From contig NC_092370.1 in the NCBI RefSeq assembly GCF_030028105.1, forward strand, positions 113,908,793 through 113,972,792: a stretch of 64,000 nt of DNA. Direction: 5' to 3'. Below the pieces are notes generated by a model that saw only the letters and a list, made by a program, of their open reading frames with translations, made no database searches and was not told the origin of the DNA. Below are positions 23,505-36,309 of the stretch, piece by piece. The stretch is from Mobula birostris. Lineage: Eukaryota. The position numbers were made by a program, and so were the translations under genes. Each line of letters begins with the position of its first letter. Position 1 is the stretch's first letter.

Positions 23505-26500
23505 CTAAATTTTAATTAGAACTGTACAAAACAAAAGGAAAAAAATAAATGTGAAGCTAATAGGGCTACTAACTAAAAAGCTAATGCTGACACTGAGCAT
23601 CGGAGGCAGTAATTTAATATTAAATTAATACCATTCCTTTAAGGTGTTAATCTAAATTGCGGTCTTCTTTCTTGGAATGTGGGCTAAAGTAAGCAGGGGA
23701 GTGTCACCGTCACTGTGCTTCAGTCAAGACTCGACAAGAATGAAGGGAGGGAGTTAGATGAAACTACAGTGCAACCCTAATTGGCCAGAATGTGCATTCT
23801 CATGGGCGTGATTGCTGATGACCTTTCAGCTGCCCACCTGTGAGTGTGTCCAGACTCCACAGAAGAGTCCATGGTTGTGACAGATCACCACCCTCACTCC
23901 TCCTCCACCCCCCCACACCATGAGACTTGTCCAGGAGGTCACACTATAGACCAGTGACCCATCCACCAAGAGGAGAGGCGGGAGAGGGTGTAACTGGAGC
24001 AAGTTGGGAGGAAGTCAGCAGTGTGACCTGGGGAACATGGAATACTTATTGCAATGCGCGGTGACTGGAAGCAGAAGTGGACCCAAGTGCAGGACACAGG
24101 CACAGAGACTTGACATGGAGATGGACTTGGACTTGACTTGGACTCGGAGCCTGGGCTTGGACTTGACTGGAACACAGACCCTGGACTTGGACTGGGATAT
24201 GAAGAGACAGAATTCCCAACTCAGACTACTGGCAAATGGCCAGACCTACTCAGCTGGAGACGATACGACTGCACCAAACAATAACAGACAATACATATCC
24301 TGACATGGAGAAGCTCATGAAGCAGCAAATGGCCGGCAGTTATTTGACTGGACATGAAGCCTTGACTTGGACTGGGACTCGGACTCGACAAAACAAAACA
24401 ATAACAGACCACTAGCATCCCGGCTCAGAGTGGTGACAAAACGGCCGGCAACACTCAGCTGGACACAAGACGACGAAAACAAACAATGATAGACAATTTG
24501 TATCGCAGCTCGGAGCAGCGGCAAACGGCCAGCAATACTCAGCCAGACACAAGATGACAAAAAAAAAACGACAGACAATATGTATGGCAGCTCGAAAGAC
24601 GGTCCTTTATTCTTGATAGCCTGGAGTCGGTTCCTTGTTCTTGGCAGCTCGGACCGAGCATAGTCGCTATGCTGAGGTGATGAACCAGCAGCGAGTAGAT
24701 GTAAACCAGAGTTTTTATGCTGCTGGTTCGAATGAGGATCAGGTACCCTAATCAAGGAGCCCGGTGGGACACAAGGAAAAGGAAGTTAACTGAAATGAGT
24801 AGTTAATGGACCGAACCATGACAATACTAGGTGAATCTTAACAGATGATTGCCGGCATAGTCTCTAAGAAGATCGATTGATAGCCTTCTCCACTATGAAT
24901 AGTCCCACATAGCATGGGGCAAACTTGCGTCTCCCAACTTTGAAAGGAAGATCTCTAGATACCAGCCAGGCCTTCTCCCTGGATTGAGAAGCCTCACCAC
25001 TCGGAGGAGCTGAGCACCCTGCTGGGCATATTGTTTCTGAGTGTGCAGCAGGGAAGCCCTGGCCCATCTCCATGTGTGCTTGCAGTTTTGTACCAACTGT
25101 TCAACAGCAGGAACTCCCGTGTCAATCACGGTCTGGGAAGATCAGTGGCTGGAATCCATTTTGCCATTCACGGGAGGGCATGCTAGTCCAGCTTATTATG
25201 GGCAATCTCTGAGTTGGGAGCTCCAGGTCATGGAGTTGGAAGAGACAAGGCCTTACAGGCTTGTCTCCAGCTCCTCATTCACTCTCTTAGTCTGGCCATT
25301 ACATTGGGGGTGGAAAAGAGATGAGAGGCTGTCTGAGGCTTCCAAAGGAGAACAGAAAGCTTTCCAACAATGGGACATCAACTGTGCTCCTCAGTCAGAC
25401 CTGCTGTCCCGAGGGAAGCTGTGCAGCCTGAACACAAGCTGAACCAAGAAGGTGGCAGTTTCACGAGCCGATGGGAACTTGGGGAGAGCAATGAAGTGGA
25501 ATGCTTTAGAGAGCCGGTCCACAACTACCAGGATGATAGTGTTTCCATCTGACAGAGGCAGACCAGTGATGAAATCCACTGAGAGGTGGGACCGGGGGAG
25601 AGAGGCACAGGCAGTGGGTAGAGCAGACCAGCAGGGAGCTGATGTGATGTCTTGTTCTGGGCACAACGGGACAGGCAGAGACAAAGTGATGCACATAGAC
25701 TGCCATGAAAATTATCTCTTCATGAATTCCAGGGTCTGTTGAATCCCTGAATGGCCAACCAGACGGGAAGAGTGACCCCAGGCCAACATTTAGGTGCACA
25801 CAGATGCAGGGAGAAACAGACGGTTAGGAACTTCTCCATCTGGGCCTGCATCTGGCTATTGGGCAGTTCTCATCTGTTTTTATTCCCGAAATCACTGGAA
25901 CAACTATGCATGTGCGAGGAAGGATGTGATCTAGATTGGCGTCGACTTCAGAGACATCAAGCTGATGGGAAAGAGCATCGGCTTTGGTATATTGCTACCA
26001 GGATGATAGGAGAGGGTGAAGTTAAACTGGGTGAAGAAGAGTGCCCAACGGGCTTGACAGATATTGAGGCTCTTGCCATCACGTGTGTAGGAGAAGTACT
26101 TGTGATATGTCCATACAGAAAAGAGTGAGCTTCCTCCTTCAACCAGTATTGGCATGCCTCCAGGGCCTTCCTGACAGTCAGTTCTCAGTTCCTGACATCA
26201 TAGGTACACTCTGCAGGAGTCAAATGGCAGGAAAGAAAAGCACCGAGGTGCAGCCAATCTTCTACAGAAGAGCAGTGGGAGAGTACAGCTCCAACACGGA
26301 CATTGGATGCATCAACCTGGATGATGAGTGGATGGGATGAGTCTGGACTGGGCTGCTGGGGCAGTAGCGAAGCTTCACTTTAGCTCTGAGAATGCTGGCA
26401 CGGTTCACTTGTCGAGCAATCCTACAAAGGTCGTCTTAGTGAGTGCATTTACTGTATGGGAGCCATGATGGAACTGAAGTTTCAGATGAAGTGACGTTGA

Positions 26501-29112
26501 AAGGTTGCAGACCCCAGAAAGCGCCTCACCTGTTTGATCGTAGTTGTTCTGGCCACTCTGTGACTGCCTGAACTTCACATGGGTTCATTTGAGTACTGGA
26601 AGGGGTGAGGATGCAGTCCAAAAACGACAGCTGCTCTTTGTGAAACTCACACTTTTCTGGCTTGGCATAAAGGTTGTCTTCGAGGAGCCATCTGAGAACC
26701 CACTGGACATGCTGGACATGTTCCTGGTGAGAGTGGGAATAAATAAGAAAGTCATCCAAACACACAAAAACAAACTTATTCAACATGTCCAGGATCTCTT
26801 CATTGACCTGGGCCTGAATAACAGCTGTAGGGCCTTGGCCTGACCAAATGGCATCACAAGGTATTCATAGTGGCCGGTGGAGGTGTTGAATGCTGTCTTC
26901 CACTCGTCCTCTTCTCCAATGTGAATCAGGTTGTAAACATTACTCTATCTTGCAGAATATGGTTGTTCCCCGGAGATATTCAAAGGCAGAGGCAAACAGG
27001 GGAAGGTCATAATGGTTCTTCCCCGTGTTGTTTTTCAGAGGCTGATAATCAATGATAGAGATTGCCATCCCAAAAAAAGTAGCCTGCTCCTTTTGGTGAG
27101 GTTGATGGACAGATGAATCCTAACGCCAATGTCTCCTTGATGTATTCTTCCATGTCCACTGTTTCAGGATGGGATAGGGGAAAGAGCCGGCCCCGGGGAG
27201 GACTAGATTAGAGGTCAATGGTGTAGTCGTATGGCTGGTGTGGAGGCAGGGATGTGTCCTTCTTCTCACTGAAGACCTCAAGAAGGTTAGCACATTCAAA
27301 TAGAACATACTAGAAGTTGGCATAGGAGGGGATATGCTGATAGATACTTGAGCTGGATCCAGACAGGTAGACAGCATGCTGGCCCTTCTCTTGGAGCACC
27401 TTTAGGAACAATTGATCTATAGTTGCGTCTAGGTAGCCAGGGAAGATCAAACAACAAAATAGGTGAATCGACAAGATAGAAAGGGAGCTGTGCCATATGG
27501 TTGCCTTCTAGCACAAGTTGGAGGGGTACTTTGGAAAGGTGGATCCTGCTGGAGTCCAGGAGCCATCCATACAGACCCTTGACATCAATATTCTCTCTCA
27601 ATTATTGAGTGGGAACTCCTCATCAGTGAGGCAGAGAGATATTCAAGAAATTCCTGGCTGTCAGAGTCAAAAAATGCCTTAAGTTCATGGCTGTGGATCC
27701 CCCACAAGAGCGAAGTGGGGAGCATTACTCAGTTAGGGGAAGATGCTTGCAGGGAGAACCAACTAGTCTAAATTCTTCTTGTTGCTTATGGGTATCCTCT
27801 TTTACTGGGTGATAGGGGCATGATTCCCAGAAGTGTCTTAGAGAGCCAGCAGTAGCTGTAACCCGTTCTCCAGCAGCATTCTCATTCCTCCTGAGATAGC
27901 TGAAAGCCCCCCACCTGTATAGGCTCCTCTGTGAACTATGGTGGATTGCTGAACTGTCACTTTGAGAGCTGACACCTGTTCTTCCTGCTTGGATTGGATT
28001 TGCTGCTCTCACAGTAGTTGCTGCACCGTGTGAGCCATTTCAAAGTTCAAAATACACTTATTATCAACGCATGTATATGAGACACAACCTTGAGCTTCAT
28101 CTCCTTACAGGCAGCTACAAAAGAAATAAACCCAATAGAACCCATTAAAAAAGACTGCCAACACCCAATGTGCAGAAAAACATCATGCAAGCAATAAAAG
28201 TTAGCAAATAACATTCAGAACTGAAGTTCATGAAAGTGAGCCCAGAGTCACAAAGCCAGTTGTAGCCAATCTATAAGTCTGTTAATTGCAGCCCACAGCC
28301 TCAGTAGAACACAGCGACAAGTAAATCTGGCCAATCCTTGGCCTCCTGACCCAATACCTTGACCTTTTAATCTTACCCAGTGCTTAAATTGGCCGAAGCT
28401 CGGGTCATTCCTCACTCTTGGACGTGAGCCTGCCTCTTCAATATGCTCTCGGGCCTGGGCCCTGCTGATTGCTATTGACTTTAACTTCTCTTCCGTCTGA
28501 CCAATGAAGTTTAGTTTGTGCAGACTTGCTGCTCTGAGAGTAGTTGTGGCACTGAGTGAGCCACTTCTGCCAACTCAGCCTCCACTGATTAACTTATCTC
28601 CTACCTGACCAATGAATTTCAGGGCAATAGTCAGCTATTCTCTCTCTGCTGGGTCCATTTTTATGGCCAAGTCTTGCTGACAAGGTGTTTGGTGATGGCC
28701 CAAGTGCAGAGGGAGAGGCACTGAAGAAGAATGAATAGTTCACTGAATTTCAGTAAGAGCTCTACAGAACAAAAAGAAAATAAATGCTTGGCCTACAGGG
28801 TTGCTAACTAAAAACTAAGACCGACACTGTAGCTTGGAAGCAGTAACTTAATACTAAGTTAATACTCGTCCTTCAGAGTGTCAATCTACATTGGAGTCTT
28901 CTTTCCCAGAACATGGACTGAGGAAAACAGAGAGCATTGTTGTCACTGTGCTTTGGTCAAGACTTCACAAGACTGAAACAAAAGAAAAGGAACTAAATAC
29001 AACCACAAAGAAAACCTACTTGGCTGGAATGTGCACTCTCATGAGTGTGATTGACGACCCCTTTCAGCTGCAAGGGTGCACAGACTCGATGGCCAAGTCC
29101 ATGGTTGAGACA
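23505..29112 (-). mobile_element. Near full-length decayed Ty3/Gypsy chromovirus. 3' LTR ~23505-23882, 5' LTR ~28742-29112; gag-PR-RT-RH-IN-chromodomain in fragments
   Basis: [26 protein letters not shown] (26526-26786); RH QARWALFF..FTLSYHPGS; [21 protein letters not shown]. The two LTR copies begin TGTCA/TGTCT on the minus strand at 23882 and 29112. A purine tract lies at 23883-23915. Confidence 0.88.
24090..24620. repeat. Degenerate tandem array (cttggact-type and ~75-bp units) inserted in the Gypsy chromodomain region
   Basis: Recurring motif gcaaacggccagcaatactcagc.gacacaaga.gac.aaaacaaacaat.acagac, about 4 copies; absent from copy A. Confidence 0.6.
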
Positions 29113-29119
29113 CTGAGAG

Positions 29120-29900
29120 AAGGGCTGGACAACCTACTTGGGTAAAGATAATATTGGACCTCCTCTTAGATAATGAGGTGGAATGAGAATCTGAAATGGC
29201 AGCTGGGGAGCACTCTGAGTCCAGTGACCACAATTCTATTAGCTTTTAAAATAGTATATGAAAAGATAGAGAGGCCTACAGGTTAAAATCTCGAACTGAA
29301 GCAAGGCCAACTTTAAAAGCATTAGGAAGGATCTAGCTGGGGTCAACTGGGTGACTATTTAAATGCAAGGGGACAGCTGGCAACTGGCGGCTTTTAAAAG
29401 AGTCCAGTACCAGCATGCTCCTGTTAGGCTGAGGGTAGATATATCATGTTCAGTGAAACCTGGCTACTGAGAGATATCAAAGATCAGGTCATGGAAAGAA
29501 TGGAAATTCACATTGCATTTAAACAGCTGGGTATAAATGAATCCCTTCATGAATGTAACAAGTTTAATAGCAAGCTTAAGAGAGAAATCAGGAGGGCAAA
29601 AAGAGTGTAGGAGCTGGATTTGGCAGACAGGATTAAAGATGATTCCAGGAGGTTCCAGTTAAATTAAAAGTAAAAGGGTGACTCAGGAGAGATTGAGTCC
29701 TCCTAAAGACCATCAGGGTTAACTATCTGTGGAGCTGGAAGAGATGGCTGAAAAATTAATGTCTATTTCTTCTTGATGTTTATTAAGGAGAATATCATGG
29801 ATGCCAAAGAAATGAGGGTAATAAGTAGTGAAGTCTTGGATCATATGCATATTACAAGGAAGGAGGTACTTGCAGACGAAGCATATTAAGGTGGGCAAAT
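29120..29900 (+). mobile_element. Decayed CR1 APE/linker fragment
   Basis: Recognisable LDLLL.NE..SDHNSI remnants. Confidence 0.65.
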
Positions 29901-29929
29901 CTCCTGAGTTTGACCACCATATATGTTAA

Positions 29930-30260
29930 GCAACCATGTAAGTGCCATCACAAAGAAGAAATGACAGCATCTCTACCTTCATAGAAGTTTCTGTAGATTC
30001 GGCATGACATCTAAAACTCTGACAACGCTGTATAGATGCACGATGGAAAGTATCTTACCTGGTTGTATCACAGCCTTGTATGGAAATACCAATGCCCAGG
30101 AATGGAGAAGTCTACAGAAAGTGGTGGACACAGCCCAGTATATCACATGCAAAACCCTCCCCATCACTGAGCACATTTACAAGGCTCACTGCCAGCTGAA
30201 GGCAGCATCAATCATCAAAGACCCCCACCACTTAGGCCAAGTTCTCCTCTCACTATTTAC
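29930..30260 (+). mobile_element. Rex1/Babar 3' fragment
   Basis: MTSKTLTTLYRCTMESILPGCITALYG..IIKDPHH. Confidence 0.8.
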
Positions 30261-30289
30261 TTATAAATAAATAATATATGATTATAAAT

Positions 30290-30563
30290 GCCGGCTGGTG
30301 GCGCAGTGACATCAGCGCTGGACTTCGAAGCGAAGACTCCCGAGTTCGAATCCAAGTCGGGCCAACCCCCCCCCCCCCCGCCACCCGAGCACACTTTCCA
30401 TCCGCGCTGGGTTGAGCGTCGAGCTAGCCACTCGGCCTCGTAAAAAACAAGGGTCGAGTCAGGAACGTTCATATCGTGACCCGGTTAATCCGAAAGGAGA
30501 CCAATCCTGATGCCACGCGCCAGACAAGAATGGTTGACTGTCTGGTGCGTCCCGCTAGGAAGG
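30290..30563 (+). mobile_element. CpG-rich tRNA-derived SINE (tRNA-Arg-like head)
   Basis: A box TGGCGCAGTGA (30299-30309), B box GAGTTCGAATCC (30342-30353), 3' hairpin 30515-30550; inserted in AT-rich DNA. Confidence 0.7.
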
Positions 30564-31155
30564 ATAATCATAAATAATAAATTATATACATATTATACAC
30601 ATTTATATAATACATGGTATACTATATAATATAAAATTATACTTTGTATAATAATATATATGTATCATATAATAAATTATATATATATTATTTACACAAT
30701 TTGTCTTCTTTTGCACATTGGTTTGTCATTCTTTGTGTATAAATTTTCATCAATTCTCCTGTAGTTTTAATTTTCCTGTAAATGCCTGCAAGGAAATTAA
30801 TCTCAAGGTAGGATATTGTGATATATGTACTTAAATAATATTTTGTTGACAACTTCCTGCATTGAAATAGATGCAATTTAAAGCAATGGCTCTATCTGCC
30901 CTTTCGCTGTAAAGATGTTGATCCTGACTGATAGACTTGAACACTTTGGTCACTGCATGTACCCTGTCTCCTCACTGACTTCACTCTCAAGTCCCATCCC
31001 TGGTGATTTAATTCAAACCTTTGCAGGCAGCAAAAGCAAATTTCCCTGTTAGCATATTGGTTCCCAGGTCTCCATCTTGTTCAAGGGCACCCAGTCCCTA
31101 TTGTAGAGGTTTCCCTCTACCACGGAAGCCAATGATCCAAAGTCATTGGTTTGGT

Positions 31156-31157
<2 letters not shown>

Positions 31158-31209
<52 letters not shown>
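31158..31209. repeat. (AC)26 microsatellite
   Basis: Uninterrupted AC run. Confidence 0.98.
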
Positions 31210-31211
<2 letters not shown>

Positions 31212-31299
31212 GGCTATTCAGATAGGATTTTCAACAAACCCTCTCATGTTCTTGATGTTAGAATCTATGCTATGAATGAGAGGGAACTATTCAGCCATT

Positions 31300-32260
31300 G
31301 AAAGGAGACTTTGGGAGAGGACCTTTGTCACAAATTTTCCTAAGGTAACAGCAAGGAGGATTGAACCTACCCCCAGGCAGTAAAACCCAGGCTTCACAAC
31401 TTCTCCTTCTTCCTGGGTACACATACTCTTTCTCTCTCTCTCTTTTTTCTCCCCCTGTCTTTCTGACTATACCCCTTGCCCATCCTGTGGGTTCTCTCCC
31501 CCCTTTCCTTCTCCCTGGGCATCCTGTCCCAGGATTCTCTCATATCCCTTTTGCCAATCACCCGTCCAGCTCTTGGCTCCATCCCTCCCCCTCCTGTCTT
31601 CTCCTATCATTTTGGATCTCCCCCTCCCCCTCCCACTTTCAAATCTCTTACTAGCTTTTCCTTCAGTTAGTCCTGACGAAGGGTCACAGCCCGAAACTTC
31701 GACTGTACCTCTTGCTAGAGATGCTGCCTGGCCTGTTGCGTTCACCAGCAAATTTGATGTGTGTTGCTTCACAACTTCAGGCACCTTTATCAAGATTTTG
31801 CACCAGACAAGTATTCACTTTCAGTATGATGAAGGGTCTATTCCCTTTAAGACTCAATAAATCACTCTTCCATCTTCAACAGCTACTTTCCTTCTTGCAG
31901 AACCTTCTTATGTAACCTGTTATTAAACCTGTCCTGTCACCTCTTCTCACCATCTGGCACCTCAAGTAGTCCTTCCAAAGGAAGCAGGAATTCATATGAA
32001 CCTTGAATCTAGTTTATTGTGAATTCAGTGCTCCCAATATTCTCTCCTCTGCACTAGAGAAAACAGAGACTGGCCAATCACTTTGCAGAGCACATACTCA
32101 TGAGACAACTGTGAGGCTCCTGTTACCTGTCCTTTCCATTCTCCATTACATTCCCATTCGGATTTGTCAATGTGTGTGTGCTACATTTTTGTACGGTGAC
32201 TTCTGTCCAACCACACTGCAGCCTTCTGAAATCAAAATCCAATTTCAAAACTTTCGGTAA
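31300..32260 (+). mobile_element. Penelope-like element remnant (terminal repeat plus GIY-YIG C-terminus)
   Basis: ORF 32003-32260 shows NLVYC..TLQPSEIKIQFQNFR*, resembling the PLE endonuclease end. Terminal motif cctgacgaagggtc..ccgaaac at 31671. Confidence 0.65.
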
Positions 32261-32659
32261 ATTGGTAAATTGATTTATTATTGTCACATATGCTGAAGTA
32301 CAGTGAAAAAATTCTTTTGCTAGTGTTAATACAGATCAATTTATCATAAGTATGCATTGAGACAGTACAGTACAATATAATACAATAAGAGAGTGCAGAA
32401 TTAAGTGCTGCATTACAAAGAAAGTGCAATGCAGGTGGACAGCAAGGTCCAGGTCAGTACGAGGTTCATTGTGATTTCAAGAGTCCATCTTATCATACTA
32501 GGGAAACAGTCAATAGTCTTACAACAGTGGGATATAAACCACCTTGGTGGTCCGTGCTTTCAGACTTTTGTATCTTCAGCCTGGGGAAGGTACAAGGATG
32601 CTCCTGGTGTGAGAAGAGACAGTGACTGAGCTGAGTAGGGTCTTTAATTATGTGGCTGC

Positions 32660-33190
32660 TTTATTGAGGCAGCAAAAAATATAGACGAAGTCCACATTCT
32701 TATTGGGGGATCAGAAGTCGAAAGGGTGAACAGTTTCAAGTTCCTGGGTGTCAACATCTCTTAAGATCTATCCTAGGCCCAACATGTTGATGCAGCTACA
32801 AAGATGGCACAAGAGCGTCTATAATTCATTCAGATTTTGAGGAGATTTGGTATGTCAAAAACACTTGCAAATTTCTTCATGTGTACCGTGGGGAGCATTT
32901 GAACAGGCTGCATCACCATCTGGTATGGGGGGGGAGTGGTGGGAGACGACTGCACAGGATTAAAACAAGCTGCAAACGGTTGTAAACTGACTCATCTCCA
33001 TTATGGGTATCAGCTTCCCCAGCATCCAGGACATCTTCGAGGAGCGATGCCTCAAAAAGGTGGCATCCATCATTAAAGATCCTCATCACCCAGGACATGT
33101 CCTCTTCTTTATTTATTGCAATGCACTGCTGCCGCAAAACAACAAATTTCATGACATATGTTGTGGTATTAAACCTGATTCTGATTCTGT
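32660..33190 (+). mobile_element. Rex1/Babar 3' fragment with (GATTCT)n tail
   Basis: FKFLGVNIS..IIKDPHHPGH; ctgattctgattctg at ~33177. Confidence 0.75.
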
Positions 33191-34369
33191 TGGTTTCTGT
33201 GATATGTGAGCTGTGTCCACAGCTTTCTGAAATTTTCTTTTTGTCATTGCAGAACAGTTGCTATTACCAAGCCATAATGCTTTTTATGGTGATAAAAATT
33301 AGTGAGGGGTCAAATGACAAATTTTATTAGCGTCCTACAGAAATAGAGGCAAAGTTCTTGATTGTTGTGTCAATGTGGTTGGACCAGGACAGGCTAACTG
33401 TAATGTTCATTTCTAAGAATTTGAAACTCTCAACTATCTTGACCTCTACACATTGAAGTAAACAGCAGCATAATTAACACTCCCTTGCTGAAGTCAATGA
33501 CCAATTCTTTTATGAAATATGAAATATCTTTATTGTCATTGCATAGTACAATTTGTCTTGCACCAATACAGCGAAAATGAGTTTGTAACTCTCGTACTCA
33601 ATGCTGTAAAACAACAAATAAAATATGATTATGAAGACAAGTAGTCCTCTTTTACTGTCATTTAGTAATGCATGCATTAAGAAATGATACATTATTTCCC
33701 CTGGTGTGATATCACAAAACACAGGACAAATCAAGACTGGAAAAACTGACAAAACCACATAATTATAACATACAGTGTAACAATACCATAACTTGATGAA
33801 GAAGTCTGTGAGCACAGTAAAGTTCAAAGTTTCTCAAATGTCCCACATCTCACGCAGACGGGAGAAGGAAGAAAAACTCTCCCTGCCATGCTGACCACAA
33901 TCGGACTCTGAGTCATCCGAAAGCTTCAAGCTCTGATCAGCTCTCCGACACCGAGTACTGAGCGCCATCTCAGTCTGAATGATTCGACCTCCTTCTCGGT
34001 CGCCAAAAGCAGGCAAGGCCGGGGATTTTGAGGCCTACCCTCTGAAAGATTCACGACCATGCAGTAACGACAGTGGCGAACGGGCATTTCAGAAATTTCT
34101 CCAGATGTTCCTCTGTGCTTTCACTTCCATTCTCCAATAAATAAACAATAAATAAAATCAAGTAATCAGCCAGTACAAGCAATGCCCTGCAGTACAAAAA
34201 TGCAACTCAGATGCATGACAGCCATAAAACCAGTATTAAAGTAGCAATATAACAATTTATGGATGATGCTTGATCGATTGGTTCAGAGCAATTATAGCTC
34301 TGGGGTAAAAGCTATTTTTCAGTCTAGATATGCAGGCATAGAAAATCTTATAACGTCTGCCAGATGGAA

Positions 34370-35230
34370 GAAGTTCAAACAGATGATTGCATGGTGTGTA
34401 TTGTCTTTACAGATGCTTGTAGCTTTCCTTAGGCAGAGTGAGCTGTAGGTGTCCTCCAGGGCTGGGAGCTGTGTCCCGATGATCTGTGCGCTAGAGACGA
34501 CCTGCTGACTTGCTTTCCTATCAGCTGCTGTACAGCTGAGATACCACACAGAGATGCAGTATGTTAAGATGCTCTCTGTGGTGCAGCGGTAAAAGGTCAC
34601 CAGCATCTGTTCAGGTAGACCAGCTCTCTTCAGCGTCCTGATATTTTACTGATTTACTCATTTTACTGATACTGAGGTTGTTGTCATTTCACCATGCCAC
34701 TAGCTCTCCAAATCTTTCTTTACTCAGACTCATCAGTATTTCAAATACAGCCCACTATGGTGATATCATTTGAAAATTTACAAGGTGTAATTACAGCAGA
34801 GTCTGGCCATGCAGTCGTGTGTGTACAGGGTACAGAGTAATCACTTAGCATGAAGCCTTTCAGGATGCCAGTGTTGAGAAAAATCATGGTGGAGGTATTG
34901 TGGGATCTACTTATTGATTGCAATTTGTTGGTTAGAAAGTCAAGGATCCAGTTGCAGAGGAAGGTGTTGAGTCCCAAATTTATGAATTTGGAGATAAGTT
35001 TGCTTGAATTATAGTATTGAACATGGAGCTGAAATTAGTAAACATTAGTCTAAAATATGTATTAGTCTTTACTGCCCAGATGCTTCAGGTATGCCAGGGA
35101 GATGGCATTAGCCATAGACTATTTTGGCAGTAGGCAAATTGCAGTGTCAAGAAGTTGCCTAGGAGACTGTAGTTAAGAGGCATGGCCAGCTTCCAATACC
35201 ACCTCATGATGGTGGATGTCAGAGCCACCA
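34370..35230 (-). mobile_element. Rex1/Babar RT fragments
   Basis: FYRCTTESILTYCISVWY; LCNWILDFLT; LNDYHLVALTS. Confidence 0.75.
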
Positions 35231-35826
35231 GATGATAGTCATTAAGGCATGTTATCTCGTATTTCTTAGATACCAGGATGATAGGCACGTCTCTCTGTAT
35301 CAGAATTTGTTCTGCAGGTCACCTATCCTTAACATTGGTTCAGTCTGTCATCGTCCTTTAGCACAGTATGACCTCATGGGCATTTTCTGCAGCTCTGCAT
35401 TTGACAGATTCTACGTTTGTTTGCTCTTCTTTAACCACACCCTTTACATAGTTTCTGTCTTCCCATTGTTCATGTTCTCTCTGGCTCCTGTCATCAACCT
35501 ATAAGCCAATGACATCAACCACAGCTTGCCCACTCTCACTTTATCAGAAAGAACACTTCTGTTTTACCCAGCCCTCTTGAAAACTTAAAACTTGTTTTTT
35601 CTCTTCCCAGGTTCAGATGAAGGGCCTTCAATCTGAAATGTTAACCCTTTTACTAATTCCACAGATGACCAATAATTTGCAGTATTCCTTGTGTTTTGTT
35701 CACTTTTTAAGTATCAACGGGTTTATTGATTTCCACAGTAAACACCCATCTGATCAGATATCTGCGGACACCAAATCTGTCATTGGGTTTTGAACATGCA
35801 CCAACGAGTACTGTTGGTTCACAATG

Positions 35827-35865
35827 GGTTTATGTACTGGCCTCCCATCATAATTGGCCACTGTA
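35827..35865 (-). promoter_or_regulatory. Defective 23-RSS of V3: TACAGTG + 23 bp + ACATAAACC
   Basis: Heptamer 35859-35865 has C1>T; spacer 35836-35858; nonamer 35827-35835. Confidence 0.88.
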
Positions 35866-36309
35866 TTGCCAGTAAATGCAATAGTAGGTGCCAGAATCAA
35901 CCACCTGGATATTCTTCGGGATCAGAGTACATGATTTAGAATCAGGTGCTTTCTCAATAAATAACCTTGTATCTGACACATACTTCTGAGTTTATGTTAG
36001 ACTCCTAAAACACAAGAGCAGCTCTGGTCCTTCTCTCAGCCCCTGCAGGTACCAATTGATATAAGTCTGACCGATATCTGTATTTTTAATCTTACAGTCA
36101 AAGTGCACAGTTGTTGTGACATTTTTGATGATGGATAATGGAGTCCATGTCAATGTCCGAGGTGCCATTTTACCTGTGGGGCAGAAGAATACAAACTGAT
36201 CAAATTGTGACTCACAATGTGGCGGATGAAGGGCCAACAAAATCAGTGATTAATGTGCAAAAAACTGACCAAGAACAGAGTTCAATAAAATGGCAGTCAC
36301 TAACACCTT
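35866..36309 (-). pseudogene. TRGV: TCR-gamma-type V pseudogene V3 (family B). V exon 35866-36173; probable leader 36270-36309 without ATG
   Basis: Exon reads GKMAPRTLTWTPLSIIK..VHFDC..INWYLQ..CFRSLT*TQKYVSDTRL..SCTL..DSGTYYCIYWQ, with an in-frame TAA at 35992-35994. The putative leader AAG GTG TTA GTG ACT GCC ATT TTA TTG AAC TCT GTT CTT G|gtcagt has no ATG. Confidence 0.88.

Noticed and set aside
30293-30364. Functional tRNA gene
   Set aside because: The anticodon stem does not pair, there is no terminator T-run, and it continues into a SINE body.
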